Below are positions 12,139 through 26,626 of a DNA stretch of 64,000 nucleotides, piece by piece. Source of the stretch: Octopus bimaculoides (Eukaryota); NCBI RefSeq assembly GCF_001194135.2, contig NC_068990.1, positions 59,235,386-59,299,385 on the forward strand, read 5' to 3'. The notes under the pieces are model-generated. The model was not told the DNA's origin. It saw nothing but the letters and a program-made list of their open reading frames with translations, and did not search any database. Position numbers and translations under genes: made by a program. Each line of letters opens with the position of its first letter. Position 1 is the stretch's first letter.

Positions 12139-15100
12139 TTCTCTCACACACATGCATGTGTGTTTGTGTTTGCCTTCCCTCACCACTTAGCAACTAGTGT
12201 TGGTTTGTTTACATTTCTGTGACAGAGACTCAGAATAAGTACCAAACTTAAAAAAAAAAAAGAGAAAGGAATGAGGTCAATTTTGGTGGGATGAAACCCC
12301 TTCAAAATGGTACCCCAGCATGGCCAGAGTCCAGTGACTGAAACAAATAAAAGATAAAAAATATCCAGACTATGACCCTCTCAATTTATGTTGACTTGAT
12401 TAAAAGCCATAATAAGAAATGGACTAAAAATAAAAGCGAATAATAAAAAATCCAATTATTTAAGTTGCCAAGCTATGTTATTCATATTGACGTCTGAAAA
12501 TGGATGTAAAAAGTGGTAAATGGGATGAAAGAAAAGTTTCAAAAAAAGTATGTAGTTATATTTATTAATGAAAATAAAATGAGAAAAAAATTAAACTGCA
12601 TATACAGCATAAAGGCTGGAGGAAATATTTAATAATAGCTGATGTGGGAATTTTGTTTAAAAATAAACATTGAAAATTAGGGTGTGAGATATATACAGCT
12701 TCTCTGTCTGTATGTCTCTCTCAAACCATCTATCTATCTATCTCTCTGACTGTCTCTCTTAGAAGTAAGTAGAATGGAATAATATGGTTTTGATATGAGA
12801 CATTATTAGCGAGAAATTAAAATTAAACGATGTTGCAAAGTCAGCAAACTTTCAACAGATATTGTGTATGCACACACATCTCTTTCTCTCTTTCTCTCAC
12901 TATATATATGTGTGTGCATGCATGTATGTACATATAAATATCTATACACACACAACTCTCACCCACACATATATCTAAGTATACATATATGTACATAAAA
13001 ATATTCATGCACACACACATACATATATATATGATGATGATGTAGTATGTATGTATATGTATGTACATATAATTATTTATACACACATATTTCTATGTTA
13101 TGAGAATGTACATATAAATATTTATATACTTGCACAACACACACATATTTATGAATATATATATATATATATGTATATGCACATATAAATATTTATACAC
13201 ACAATACATATACCTGTGTGTGTGTATATATATGTATGTGGATGTGCATATAAATATTTATATACACACATTATACACATATCTATGAATATATACATGC
13301 ATGTGAAGACGATTTAGTTAAACAATTTTGGTGAAGATGGAAAAGCGACACAATCACACCAAAATTGGAAGTGTATTGTGATCAGCAGTGTATAACAGCA
13401 TCTGATGGTCTGGCTGATACTGTGATGTGTATGAACATATGAATATTTATACACACAACACATATATCTGTGAGTATATATGGATGTGGATATACATATA
13501 AATATTTATATACACACACAGCAGACAAATATATGACATGCATATTTATATACATAATATTTCCATTCTTTCTTTCTTTCTTTCTTTACCCAATTTTTTT
13601 TTCCTAATTCTTCTCTTTTCTTCTTACCTTTTTCCTGCCCATTTTCTATCTGTCTTCTTACTTCCTCTTCTCATGTTTCCTCATCAAATTTGCTGTTTTA
13701 TGACATATATATTTTTTTTTACATTGTTGCCTGACTCCTGCTATTGTATAATGTATAATGTATTCTTTGGAGCAAAATAGTAAATGGTTTCCGTTCAAGA
13801 TGCACATACACCACCACCACCACCACCACCACCACCATCGTCATTATTTAATGTCCATTTTCCATGCTGGCATGGGTTGGACAGTTTGATAGGAGCTGTC
13901 AAGCTGGAAGGTTGCACCAGGCTTCAGTTGTCTGTTGTGGCAAGATTTCTGCAGCTGCATGCCCTTCCTAACGCCAACCACTTAAAAGAGTGTAATGGGT
14001 GCTTTTTACATGGCAACAGCATTGGTGTGTGTGTATAACATTATATATATATATATATCAACCAATGCCAGTATAGAAAACGGACGTTAAATGTTGATGA
14101 TGTACACACACACACACACACACACACATGTTTGTGTTTCTCTTTGTGTTTGCTCCCCACCACTACTTGACAACTGGAGATGGTTTGTTTACATTCCTGT
14201 AGCTTAGCATTTCAGCAAAAGATCCCTGACAAAATAAATACTTGGCTTAAAAAAGAAATAACTACTGGGGTCGATTCGTACAACTAATCCTTTCAAGATA
14301 GGAATGGCTGAAACCAGTAAAAGAGAGATAAAAGACACATGCATGTGTATGTTTTTTCTGTCTTATTTTTCTTCTTCTATAGTTTATCTTAACAAGGAAA
14401 AGGTTGACAGTGACTTCAAAGTGTTGGCTTAATTGATTTTGCCAGTCATTATCATTATCATCATTTAACGTCTGTCTTCCATGCTGGACAGTTTGACAGG
14501 AGCCAGCCAAATAGAAGACTACACCAGGTTGCTCTGTCTGTTCAGCATGGTTTTTATGGCTGGACACTTTCCTAACATCAACTACCGTGTAGAGTGGACA
14601 GAGTGCATTTTACGTGGCGCTAGCACAGGCAAGATCAGTTTAGGCCTAGTTTTTACAGCTGGATGCCCTTCCAAATGCCAATCACTTCACAGTGTGGAAC
14701 GAATGCTTTTTATGTGGCACCAGTATCGGCAGGGTCACCAAGTAACTTATAAGACAAGGAATTTTGAGAGGGCATTGGAGGAGATGATCTTGTGTCAAAT
14801 GATGAAAGGTTAGAGTGTGACAGAGAGACAGAGAGGCAGAAACAGGTGTCAGTTTGTCAAAAAAGCAATTGAACCAAAAAATTCATAGTCACTTCAACCT
14901 TTTCCTTGTTCAAATAAATGTTAAACCCTGCTTAAATGTATTGAACACTCATTCAATTGATGATTTGCTTGTTTTTATACATCTTTTGTCTTTTACTTGT
15001 TACAATCATTAGACTGCAGCCATGTTGGGGGAACTATCTTGAAGGATTTAGTCAAATACATTGGCCCTAGTGCTTTTTAAAACCTGATTGGTTTCTTTTG

Positions 15101-15201
15101 CTGAACTGCTGAACTACTAAGTTACAGTGACATAAACAAACCAACACCAGTTGTCAAACAGTGGTGTGACACAAAAATAAACACACACATAACAGACAGC
15201 C

Positions 15202-15242
<41 letters not shown>

Positions 15243-15484
15243 CAGAGTTTCACATTACTGTACATCAGACTGTTGTGGTCACAACTGTCTGGCAAACAGT
15301 AATGTGAAATTCTGAGTAACTATATACATGCACATGCACACACACACACACACACACATATATGAAAGGCTTATGTCTACCAGATCCACTCACAGTAGAA
15401 AGCACTTGCCCAAGGTGCCACACAGTGGGACTGAATCAAGGAACCTTGTGTGAGAGTGAGTGTGTGTGCGTGTGTGAATTTATA

Positions 15485-16342
15485 TGAGGTCTGATCAATA
15501 AGTATTCGGACTGTCACCATAGTAATGAAACTAAAGCATGCAGAGTGAATCCACTTAGCAAAAAATTGACATTGAACTCTGCTGTGCATGTGCACTAAGT
15601 TTTAACATTCTAGCTCACTTCCGCTGTTTATAGCAGTGCTTAGAAGGAACGTATGTAGCATGTAACTGTCGCATTGACCGTGACAGAGAAAACTGTCATG
15701 GCGATATCTGGTCAGTGGCCTACACAAAGTTGCAGAAAATTTACGAGGAGAAGGGTATGAGCCACACACAAGTGTACAAGTGGTTCAGAGGTTTCCAAGA
15801 TGGCAGAAAAAATGTCGATGTTGGCAAACATTCTGGGAGAACTGCAACCAGCAGAACTGAGAAAAACATCGCAGATGTGTGCGCAGCTCTGAAGGGAAAT
15901 CATTGAATCAACATCCGTGAGTTATCAGAGGATGTGCAGTTTAGTTACAGTTCAGTTCAGTCCATTATCACTGAAGATTTGGGTATGAGATGCATGTCTG
16001 CCAAGTTTATGCCAAAACTGCTTTCAGCTGACCAAGAAGACACTCAGGTTTCAGTTGCACAATGAAAACTTTCCGTAGGCCTCTGAGCAGGTATCACCAA
16101 ACTTTTGGCAAAATTTGATGTAGATTCTCTGCTCAGTATTCTGTGTCTTGGTCTAGGTAACGATCACATGCTACACACCTTCCTTCCAAGCACTGCTGTA
16201 AACAGCAGAAGTGAGCTAGAACATTAAAACTTAGTGCACAAGCACAGCAGAGTTCACGGTCAATCTGTGCCAAGCAACTTCACTCTGCATGCTTTAGCTT
16301 CATTACTATGGCAACAGTCCGGATACTTATTGATTGGACCAC
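15485..16342. mobile_element. non-autonomous mariner derivative with two inverted 5' ends
   Basis: About 200-bp inverted arms (TGAGGTCTGATCAATAAGTATTCGGACTG... / ...CAGTCCGGATACTTATTGATTGGACC). HTH-region peptide AYTKLQ...VYKWFRGFQDGR...HSGRTATS on +, and EQRIYIKFCQKFGDTCSEAYGK on -. Confidence 0.85.
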
Positions 16343-16384
16343 TGTTCTTTTAAATCCCCTTGTTCAATCACAAAATCAATCTGT

Positions 16385-16443
<59 letters not shown>

Positions 16444-17396
16444 TCTTTCCAATTGCATGTGTGTGTCAACTGAAAGGCAGTAGAAGAAGGGTTAAAATAT
16501 ATGATCCAATTGCTTTAACATAGCATTAGGTCAAATGGAATGTCAGTTCTGGGATATGATGTTTAATGAGTTCTAAGGCTCCAGATTATGATGCAAATTA
16601 CTGAATAATTCATATGCACTGTGGGAATATTAGAGAGTTGGTCTTGATTTCATTGCCTTTTGGCTTTCAGCAATTTCACAATTGTTTTGGTTTGTGTCCA
16701 TTCTTATTTTATAAACCAACAATATCGTCTTAAGTTTCACCACCATTGTCATCATCATCACTACCATTATAAGCATCACCATCATTGTCATCACCACACC
16801 ACCACCATCATCATCATCAGCTCATCATTTTTATGTTTACTTTCCTGTTCTGGCAAAAGATTTGTATGTATGATTCAGCATTGCATCTTCTCACTTATCA
16901 TGGTGCTTCATCATTTCTTTTGTGATGCTAAGCATCCTCAGGCTGGAATTCACCACTTCTTCCTACCAACTTCTTTGATTTTCCTCCTTTTCTTCCACAG
17001 GCTTCTTCCTCTTGCATCATTTCACACTTTTTTCTTCACTCTCATCCACATGGTCCATAATCTTCTCTCTTGCACACTACAGCTGATACCTGTAATACAC
17101 AGTTTTTCTCTAAGCACAAGTGCAGCCCATCACTCACACAGGCTGACTCTATACATTGAACAAAGCATACTTGCTTCATTTCTTTCTAAGCTTGAGCCAT
17201 GTGGCAATAAAAATCAAAGTACTATCATAATTTTCCATTCATATTTCACTATTTTATAAGTATTTAACTTCCTTTATAAGTTAAGTCCTGCTGCATAACA
17301 CCTTGGGCAAGTGTCTTCATATATATAGCCTCAGGCTAACCAAAGGCTTGTGAATGGATTTGCTAGACAGAAACTGAAAGAAGCCCATCTTAAATG

Positions 17397-17441
<45 letters not shown>

Positions 17442-18311
17442 CTTCATTTGTCCCCCACCACCATTTGACAACCAGTGCTGGCATATTTACATACCCATAC
17501 CCTGTGGAGGCACGTGGATTAGTGGTTCGGGTGTTGAACTTATGATTGTGCTTTTGATTCCTGCACCAGGTGACACATTGTGTTCTTGAGCGAAATACTT
17601 CATTTCATGTTGCTCCAGTCCACTCAGCTGGCAAAATGAGTAATCCTACGACAGACTAGCATCCCATCCAGGTGGGGAATATATATGCTGTGAAACTGCG
17701 AAACTGGCCCTTATGAGTTGGTATAACTCAAGAAGGAAACTTTACCTTTACTCTTCTTTATCCCCATACCTTAGCTGTTTGGCAAAAGTGACCAACAGAA
17801 TAAGCACGAGGCTTAAGAAAACAAAAAGAAAGAAAATACTGAGGTCTATTAATACGACTAAAAATTCTTCAAAGCAGTGTCCCAGCATGACTGCACTATA
17901 ATGACTAAAACAAGTAAAAAATAAAATATAACATTATAATGAACTGAAATCTTGTAATTATTGCCCTCTCTTTGAATCCATGTTATAATTTGACCTGCAT
18001 AATGGACCTTCTTTTTAGAAAAAAGCTAAGAAAAAAATGAAAAGTTCTATGTTTCACTTGCTTCAGTCAATAGACTGTGGCCATGCTGGGGTACCACTTT
18101 GAAGGATTTTAAGTTGAATAAATCGATCCCAATATTTAGTTTTCTTTAAATTCTGGTACTTGTTCTAGCAGCCATTTTTGCTAAACCACTAAGTTATGGG
18201 GATGTAAATACACCAACACCAGTTGTCAAGCAATGATAGGGGACAAACAAAAATGCATGCACATAGACATCTATACCTACACACACACACACACATGCAC
18301 ACCACACACAC

Positions 18312-18379
<68 letters not shown>

Positions 18380-19529
18380 NNNNNNNNNNATATATATATA
18401 TAGGTAGATAGATAGATAGATAGATAGATATATGTATAGACACACACACAACGGGCTTCTTTCAGTTTCCATCTATCAAATCCACTCACAAGGCTGCTGC
18501 GAGACTGAGGCTTTATTAGAAGACACTTGACCAAGCTGCTGCTTAGTGGGACTGAACCTGGAACTATGTGGCTAGGAAGCAAACTTCTTAACTACAAGGC
18601 CACACTTGTGCCTCTATTTTCTGTTCATTCTCTTAAACTAAGTGTATAAGCTGAATGACTCACTGGTTCTGAAAATTTATTATAAACAATCTCCCAGCTG
18701 TTTTGAGCTCAGGATACTTTGGATTGCTAATAATACATTTCCTTTTGGGTACCAATTTAATATTCCTGACAGCAACCATCACCACATCCACCACCATCAC
18801 CACCACCACCATCAAACTATCACCACAGCAACCAGCAGAATAGAACTGCAGCAACTGTAACAACAACAAACAGTCACAGTATTCAGAGCAACAACAGAAA
18901 TAGCAACTGTTGCAAATATAATAGCGAAAATGATAAAAAGTTGTTCCACGAACCATGTATAAATAATTTTCAATAGGGTGATATGGATATTTTGTGGTCA
19001 GATATCTTTTATCAGATATGGTATGAGTCAGTTTTCTGTGTTCTATTATAGTCCGATAGGCTGACAGATGTACTGTGATTAGTCACTTGTTGGATTATGG
19101 TAGCTGGTAGGTAGCTTTACTAGTAAACATTCACCCCCAAGCTACATTCATATATTTGTGTGTATGTGTAGGCGTGGGTGTGTGGTAAGAAGCTTGTTTC
19201 ACAACCACATGGTTCCAAGTTCAGTTCCACTGCATGGCACTTTGGTCAAGTGTCTTCTACTATAGCCTCAGGCTGACCAAAGCCTTGTGAGTGGATTTGA
19301 TAGATGGAAACTGAAAGAAGCCGGTTGCATATATATATATGTATGTATGTATGTATTTATGTATGTGTGTCTTTGTTTGTCCCTGTAACTCAGCAGTTTG
19401 GCAAAAGAGACTGATAGAATAAGCACTAGGCTCACAAAGAATAAGTCCTGGGATCGATTTCTTCAATTAAAACCCTTTAAGGCAGTGCACCAGTAAGGCT
19501 TGCTGCCAAATGACTGAAATAGGTAAGAG

Positions 19530-19571
<42 letters not shown>

Positions 19572-19985
19572 CATGTATAAAGTGGTGCTCCAGCATGGCC
19601 GCAGTCAAATGATTGAAACAAGTATAAGAATAAAAGAATGTATATATGCCAATAAATAAGATTTGAGTAAAAACTTCATAGAAGCTTGTCCAGTTATTGG
19701 TTACCCGATATCATCATACAGTGGAAATGCTCCTGCTCCAGGATAAACATCAGGCATTCCATAGTATACATTGGATTTATATAGAGTTTATATATTTTGG
19801 AGTAAGCATTCTCACCAAGTGAAATGGTGGTAGGGTCTAACAAAGGACTTATTTAAATTGTCACTTAAAGAAGTGTGTTTTTTATACCTTGTTTTTTTTT
19901 TATACATCTCACCAATGTACTATGAGTGTAAAAATGTGTTGAAACAATTGTAATGATTTTAAATAATGTTATTCATTCCATTTTC

Positions 19986-20027
<42 letters not shown>

Positions 20028-20237
20028 TCTTTTACTTGTTCCTGTCATTTGACTGTGGCCATACTGGAGCACTGCCTTGAAGGGTTTTAGTCGAACAAAT
20101 TGACCCCAGGACTTTTTTTTGAAACCCTAGTACTTATTCTATCAGTCTCTTTTGCTGAACTGTGAAGTTACGGGGCACAAACACACCAACACCAGTTGTT
20201 AAGAGGTGGTGGCGGGGACAAACAAAGACACACACGC

Positions 20238-21346
20238 ATATACAAGATGTGGTGAATAAATTGTTGTCTAAATTATACAAAAATAAAAATAACACTGACA
20301 GAGTAAATTTATTCACTAAAATTGCTATTGGCTTCAACCATGGTCTCCAGATGACTTCGGAATCTCCTGCAACTCTCCTGGATGGTCTCCTTGTTAAGGT
20401 TGGTGAATGCTGCCATTATCCTTGCCTTCAGTTCATCTTTGGTGTTTCAAGGAGTTTCGTTGGTCTCTCGCTCAGCTGTGCTTCACCAAGGGGTTTGCAG
20501 TCTGGGGAGTTAGGTGGCCAGATGTTAGGGGTGATGTGGTCACAGAAATTGTCTGACAACCATAATTGGGTTCTCTTGCTTGTATGGCATGGTGCAGAAT
20601 CCTGTTACCAGACATAGGATCTTCCAGCAGCCACCCAGAGCAGCACTACCTCTTCCAGGCATTTGATGTAGGCCTCCATGTTGAGTCTGAGGCCATGTGG
20701 GAAGATGAATGGAAGTATAACGTCGCCATCACTAGTGATCACTCCAAATACCATAATGTTGACTGGATATTTGATTTTTATCACTCTCGGTGCATGTTTT
20801 TGGGACACGGTAAGCTAGTGGTTGTTCTGTGTGTTCACCATCTGATCCTGGCAGAGATTTTTCTCGTCTGAGAAAAACCAAAGCATGTTCATTTGCAGGG
20901 GATGCTAGAGTTTGTTCAAAAACTTTATAGCATGGTCTTTCCTCTTGTCTGTGATGGCTTGGGACAAAAATTGTCCCTTTCTCATCTCGTATGAGGAATA
21001 CCGAATGTCTTCATGCACTATCTACCTGATAAGAAAATCAGATACTCCCATATCCCTGGCAATGGACCTGATTGACTTGGAAGGATTGTTGTCAATCATG
21101 GTCTGGATCTCACCAACAAATTCGGGAGTTCTTTTGTTATCAGAACGATCAGGGTGAGTTTTGTGAGCTGCCGTACCTTCGTAACCTTATCCAACTCTTT
21201 CCAAATCCTCTGCACTGTCCTCAGAATGACACCCAAGCACTCTGAAATGTTCATATTGGTGCTTCTGGTGCAAATGCTAAGCAGAACAGCATGTTATTTC
21301 CAAATTTCTGGCAGAGTGAATTGCTGTTTTTCTCACAGATGATGCC
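20238..21346 (-). mobile_element. degenerate Tc1/mariner-superfamily transposon (maT/DD37D-like)
   Basis: IMVFGVITSDG...WQQDSAPCH...WPPNSPD motifs with stops and frameshifts; 5' end lost in or near the gap at 21347. Confidence 0.8.
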
Positions 21347-22403
21347 NNNNNNNNNNATGCAGAATAACATTTACATATATACACATACACACACAAACAC
21401 ACAGCAGGCTTCTTTTAGTTTCCATCTGGCAAATCCATTCACAAGGTTTTGGTCAGCTCAAGGCTATAGTACAAGACATTTGCCCAAGGTGCCATGCAGT
21501 GGGACTGAACCCAGAACCATGTGATTGGGAAGCAAGCTTCTTAAAATAGCCATATGTTTTGGAGTAGTGGATCTCAAATCACAAAGCTATAAATAATAGA
21601 ATGTAAATTGAGAAACCCTAGTGGATAGAAAAAGTTAAAGACTACCCATGGGACTTGAACCTACATCTCCTGTAGATATGACAGTAGTTCTGCCATTAGA
21701 ACCTAAAGCAATTCTTTGAATGTCCTTATCCATTTTAATAACTTTATTCTTACCAACAAGAATTGTATGTTGTCAATGTCATAAGGATTTATAAACTTTT
21801 GAGACGGTGAAATAATTCTTTTTTTATGTGGAACAGTGGATCTTGAAGCACATAAAGCTATAAAAGAAATGCATGTAGATATTGGGCTGAAAAATCTTTA
21901 TGGGTGGAAAAAGTCAAAGGTATTTAGCCTGTAGCATGGAAAATAGATGTTAAATGTTGGCAAAGATCTGAGCTGCCCTATGGCTGCAAAAGCAATATAT
22001 AACATCTTCAGCAAACATTTGTTTACAATCATCCAAACATAAAGGTTGTACAGAAACACATTTAACCTTGGTATTTGTAGCATCTTATCAGTTTTATTCT
22101 TTTTGCTTCTAACTCACAGTATCTTCTATAAAATGCATCAAAACAGTACCCTAAAAAAAAATCATATATCATATTTTCCAGCATACAAGTCAACATACTA
22201 TATAGAGTAAACATTCAAATACTGTTACTATTTTTCCTAATCCTGTTGCATTTTTCATGGAAGTTTTGTTCTTTCAAAGCTGTCTTGGTGTATAAGTTGA
22301 CCTACCTTTTTTGGCTGTATATTTTGGCCAGAAAATATTGTAATTTTGTATTGCTATTTGTTTGATTTCCAGATAAAATAATTGAATGTTCTTTTGTTTC
22401 TAG

Positions 22404-22568
22404 ATATACCAAAATCTATTTGGCTCCTTCTAAAGAATTCCATTTACCTCATCACTTGCCTTGGTATATGTTGTGAGTTCTCAATTGTCAGTGGATTTGT
22501 TACTTTCCTGCCAAAATATTTTGAAACCCAGTTTGGAAGTTCTACCTCAGTCGCTAATCTATTTACAG
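22404..22568 (+). CDS. SLCO: SLCO/OATP exon
   Basis: tttctag|AT...ACAG|gtgaga. DIPKSIWLLLKNSIYLITCLG...FVTFLPKYFETQFGSSTSVANLFTG; phase 1/1 is consistent with neighbouring exons. Confidence 0.95.
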
Positions 22569-22731
22569 GTGAGAAACTTTTACTGTGATGATTCAATCTT
22601 GTTTTAATTGGGAAATCATTTGAAAGTTTGGTTCAGTCCCACTGCATGGCATCTTGGGCAAGTGTCTTCTACTGTAGCCTTGGGGCAACCAAAGCTTTGT
22701 GAGTAGATTTTGTAGACAGAAACTGAAAGAA

Positions 22732-22952
22732 AGCAGCGAGCTGGCAGAAACGTTAGCACGCCAGGCTAGTGGTATTTCATCTGCTGTTATGTTCCGAGTT
22801 CAAATTCTGCCGAGGTCGACTTTGCCTTTCATCCTTTCGGGGTCAATAAATTAAGTGCCATTTACGCACGGGGGTTGATGTAATCGACTTAGTCCCTTTG
22901 TCTGTCCTTGTTTGTCCCCTCTGTTTAGCCCCTTGTGGGCAATAACGAAATA
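22732..22952 (+). mobile_element. Nin/Deu-type SINE family B inserted in a family A SINE (other copies at 26415-26612, 30545-30750, 43255-43870)
   Basis: GAGCTGGCAGAA head and GCCTTTCATCCTTTCGGGGTC core; 14-bp TSD AGAAACTGAAAGAA at 22718-22731 and 22953-22966. Confidence 0.85.
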
Positions 22953-24060
22953 AGAAACTGAAAGAAGCTAGTTGTGTGCGTGTCTCTCTCTCTCAGTGTG
23001 TCTATGTTTGTGCCCCATTGCCACTTGACAACCAGCGTTGGTGTGTTTATGTCCCTGTAACTTAGTGGTTCAGCAAAAGAGACAGCTAGCATAAGTGCCA
23101 GGTTAAAATAAAAATAATAAGTACCGGGGTCAATTCATACAACTGAAAATTCTTGAAGGTGATACCCCAGCATTGCCACAGTTTAATAACTGAAACAAAT
23201 AAGATAAGATATTCCATGCTATCCATGAGATGATCAGCTTGGCCTGGTTGACTGGAGAAAGTATGTTACAGCAGAATAGCTTCCTTTAGTGCTAGTCATA
23301 TTATTTGAACATGTTACCCTAATTTCCTGTTAGGTTTATTGCTGTCTGGAATGCAATCTAAAATAGAAAAGACATTTTACCTTTCACTCTTGTAGTGTTG
23401 GGTTTAATGGGGAAAATAATGACGTTAAGTGGATTTAGCAACAGGAAATGTTTTAATAGTAAAGAATATGGTATTGATATGTTTTAGATGAGGTATCAAC
23501 GCACATTAGTCAGCTGTGCCATTATGTATAGCTCAGAAAGAAATATGTTGTGTCAGTTGATGCTGGCTAAGGTGTGTATTCATTTAAACTACGATGGCTA
23601 CAAACAATTCTTTCATATTGGATTGTGTGTTTTCCAATTTTATCACAGTCTGAATCTATCATTATACTATAATGATATAATGAGCTTATTGCATACACTA
23701 CTCAGGAGCACTACAACTCACCAGAAAAAGTAGCCATAAGTGTATGAACAGTACCTAGAATAATGCAAAGGAAGTGAGTCATAAAAAGAAAGAAGAAAAA
23801 AAGGGGCATCAGGTGTACTGTTGGCAAATTTCAGGGAGCATGGAAGTTTTGAAGGATGTAGTGTCCTGACTGCTAACAACTATTTATAAGGACTTTTCTT
23901 AGACTCCTTTGTGAGTTGTTTAAGTAGTATAATTTATATTTCAGTTTTAATTCATTTTGATTTCAAAACTAAAAGCTACATGATTACTGAAATTGCCATA
24001 GACATGACATTCTGTTTCCATTCAAAGTTACTTTACAGCAAAAGTGAAGCTGAATTTCAT

Positions 24061-24442
24061 CCCTTTTGATACCAACCCACCTGAGACTGCCTCAGGTCTC
24101 ATGACATAAACTTACTGTTTTAAAGTGGTCTAAGTAAAAATCTTCCTTCAAAATTTTATATTAATTTGTTCCAGACCCCAGCTTAATAACGAGAAAGGTA
24201 TTTTCGAAAATCTTCATTATTTAAAAAATTAATTGGAAGAAAGGCAACAATTGATGTTGGTGTGTTTACATCCCCGAAAGTTAGCGGTTCAGCAAAAGTG
24301 ACTAATAGAATAAGTACCAGGCTCACAAAGAATAAGTCCTGAGGTCAATTTCTTTGACTAAAGGCGGTACTCCAGCATGGCCACAGTCAAATGAGTGAAA
24401 CAACATGTTGACAGAAATATAGTAACAAAAGGGTTAATCAAG
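24061..24442. mobile_element. piggyBac-type MITE remnant with a SINE fragment inside
   Basis: Left end CCCTTTTGATACC and right end TAGTAACAAAAGGG-TTAA resemble the termini of the 36832 element. Confidence 0.5.
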
Positions 24443-24987
24443 GATGCTTGTTGTTAGTATGGCTGTAATCAGATCTGGTATTACTGATTTCTTGTTTGAT
24501 GCAGTTTCTGGTGATTCTTCACATTTTCTTTAATCTATGTGCTATGAACACCAGCCTTATGGAATCAAATACACATTTTAGTCCAACCACTGTTCTTCTA
24601 CTGCCAGTGAGTCAGTAACACTTTTCTGTGGATCTTTTATGGCTGTAGTCTTTTTTATGTCTCTTCCTTCTTCAAGTAAATCCTCTGATCAAGGGGCTTT
24701 TCTCCTTGTTTGCACAACGTTTTATAAATTCCTTATAACTGACATGAGATTTAAATTATAGTCAGGATTAATGCTAGACTGGCAATGTTGAAGTAACAAG
24801 CAGTTTGCCATAACAGTCTACTTGAGATATTTCCAGTTCAGGCAGAACTACTTCAGGCGTGAGCTGTCTGTTTCAATTTTCCTATGCAAATGAAATGAAA
24901 TTCGATCTTGAATGGTAATTTAAAATTTTGACATTTGGTCGTCTCTCTTTTCTTAAAATAATTTCCTTTGTTCTGTTAACTTTACAG

Positions 24988-25068
24988 GTGGAATTGGTAT
25001 TCCTGGTGCTGTTGTTGGAATCCTTATTGGAGGCTGTGTACTTCGTCGTTTTCAACTCTGTCCAAAAG
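24988..25068 (+). CDS. SLCO: SLCO/OATP exon
   Basis: tttacag|GT...AAAG|gttaat. GGIGIPGAVVGILIGGCVLRRFQLCPK. Confidence 0.92.
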
Positions 25069-26626
25069 GTTAATGTAATTCGATTTCATTTAATTAAACC
25101 CTTATGATTATTATGTATGTTTACAGTTGTTGGAGTCATTTTGTAATGAAGTTAAACACGCAGTTCAAAATAAAGGGAAGAAACTGTTACCAGTTAAAAG
25201 AGTTAGTTCCCTTCGTATTTGATTGCGTGTAAGACGCATACATTTTATCCAAAAAAATCATCGCAGGTCCTGTGCAAAGTTTTGCCTCCTATAAGTTTTA
25301 ATATACTAAAAAAATTTTCCTGAGTATGCGCTGCAGAAATTAGAAAGCATATTATCAGTACCGTCTTCAGTGGCCTCACACAGGCCTATGTATGCTGGGA
25401 CTTGTCTCTAAATAAATACTATAGGGCCCACTACATAGATTTGCTTAGGAGCCTACAATGCTGCTAGGACAATATACTCCTCTCACTTTCAGTGTCTTCA
25501 TGTTCTGGTCAAATATAAAAACTGAGTAGGAGAAAAAAAAAATCTATAAGCCCCTGAGGCTGGATGCTGACTGTAAAGAATAAATAAATGTTATTCCTAA
25601 AAATTTCCAGCAACTTCATATTATTCTATCTTTAATGATCTAAGAATGATAAAAAAGATTCTATATAGTAAACGTTTTCTTTTATATTCAGTGACAACCA
25701 TTTCGACTAATACTAGTAATCTGTAATGTTCTTGAGAAAAGTTTGAACATCACACAGTCCCATTTTAGGCACCATTTTAATCCTTACACAACTTTGACAT
25801 TAAGAAATATGTAAAAAAACCAAAAAAAAAAAAACAACCTATATTGACTTCTATATTTTAAAAATGAATGACATTCAATTGCTTTTAATTGATTGGTGCC
25901 GACATTCTGGGTTCATATTCTGATGATGTCAACTTTGTCTTTCATCCTTTCGGGGTCGATAAAAAAAGTACCAGTTAAATACTGGGGCCAACGCAGTCAA
26001 CAAGACCTCCTCCTCACAAAATTTCAGGCATTGTGCCTATAGTAGAAAGGATTATTATTATTAATATTATTAAGGCGGCAAGCTCACAGAATCATTAAGT
26101 GAAATGCTTAGCAGCATTTTGTCTGTCTACATTCTGAGTTCAAATTCTGCCTTTCATCCTTCCAGGGTTGATAAAATCAAATACAAGTAGAACACTGGGG
26201 TCAATATTATCAACTTACTTTGTCCCTGAAATTGCTGACCTTATGCTAAATTTGAAATCATGTCTTGCAGCTTATGGTACCATGCTATATGTTCTCTTCA
26301 ACTATCTAATACTTTCTCAATGATTCTGGCCATGCCAAGGAGGCAAGCGTTTGGCAACAGCTCTATTGTGCACCCTATTCCCATTTCTTTTATATTATTA
26401 TAAAGGTTGAGATCTGGCAGAATTGTTAGCACACCGGGTCGTCTGTTGCTATGTTCTGGGTTCAAATTCTGCCAAGGTTGACTTTGCCTTTCATCCTTTC
26501 ACGGTCGATAAATTAAATACCAGTCAAGTACTGGGGTCGATGTGATTGGTTGTCCTCCTCCCCCCAAAAAATCTAGGCCTTGTGCCTATAGTAGAAAGGA
26601 TTATTATTATTACTTTGTTTTTACAG

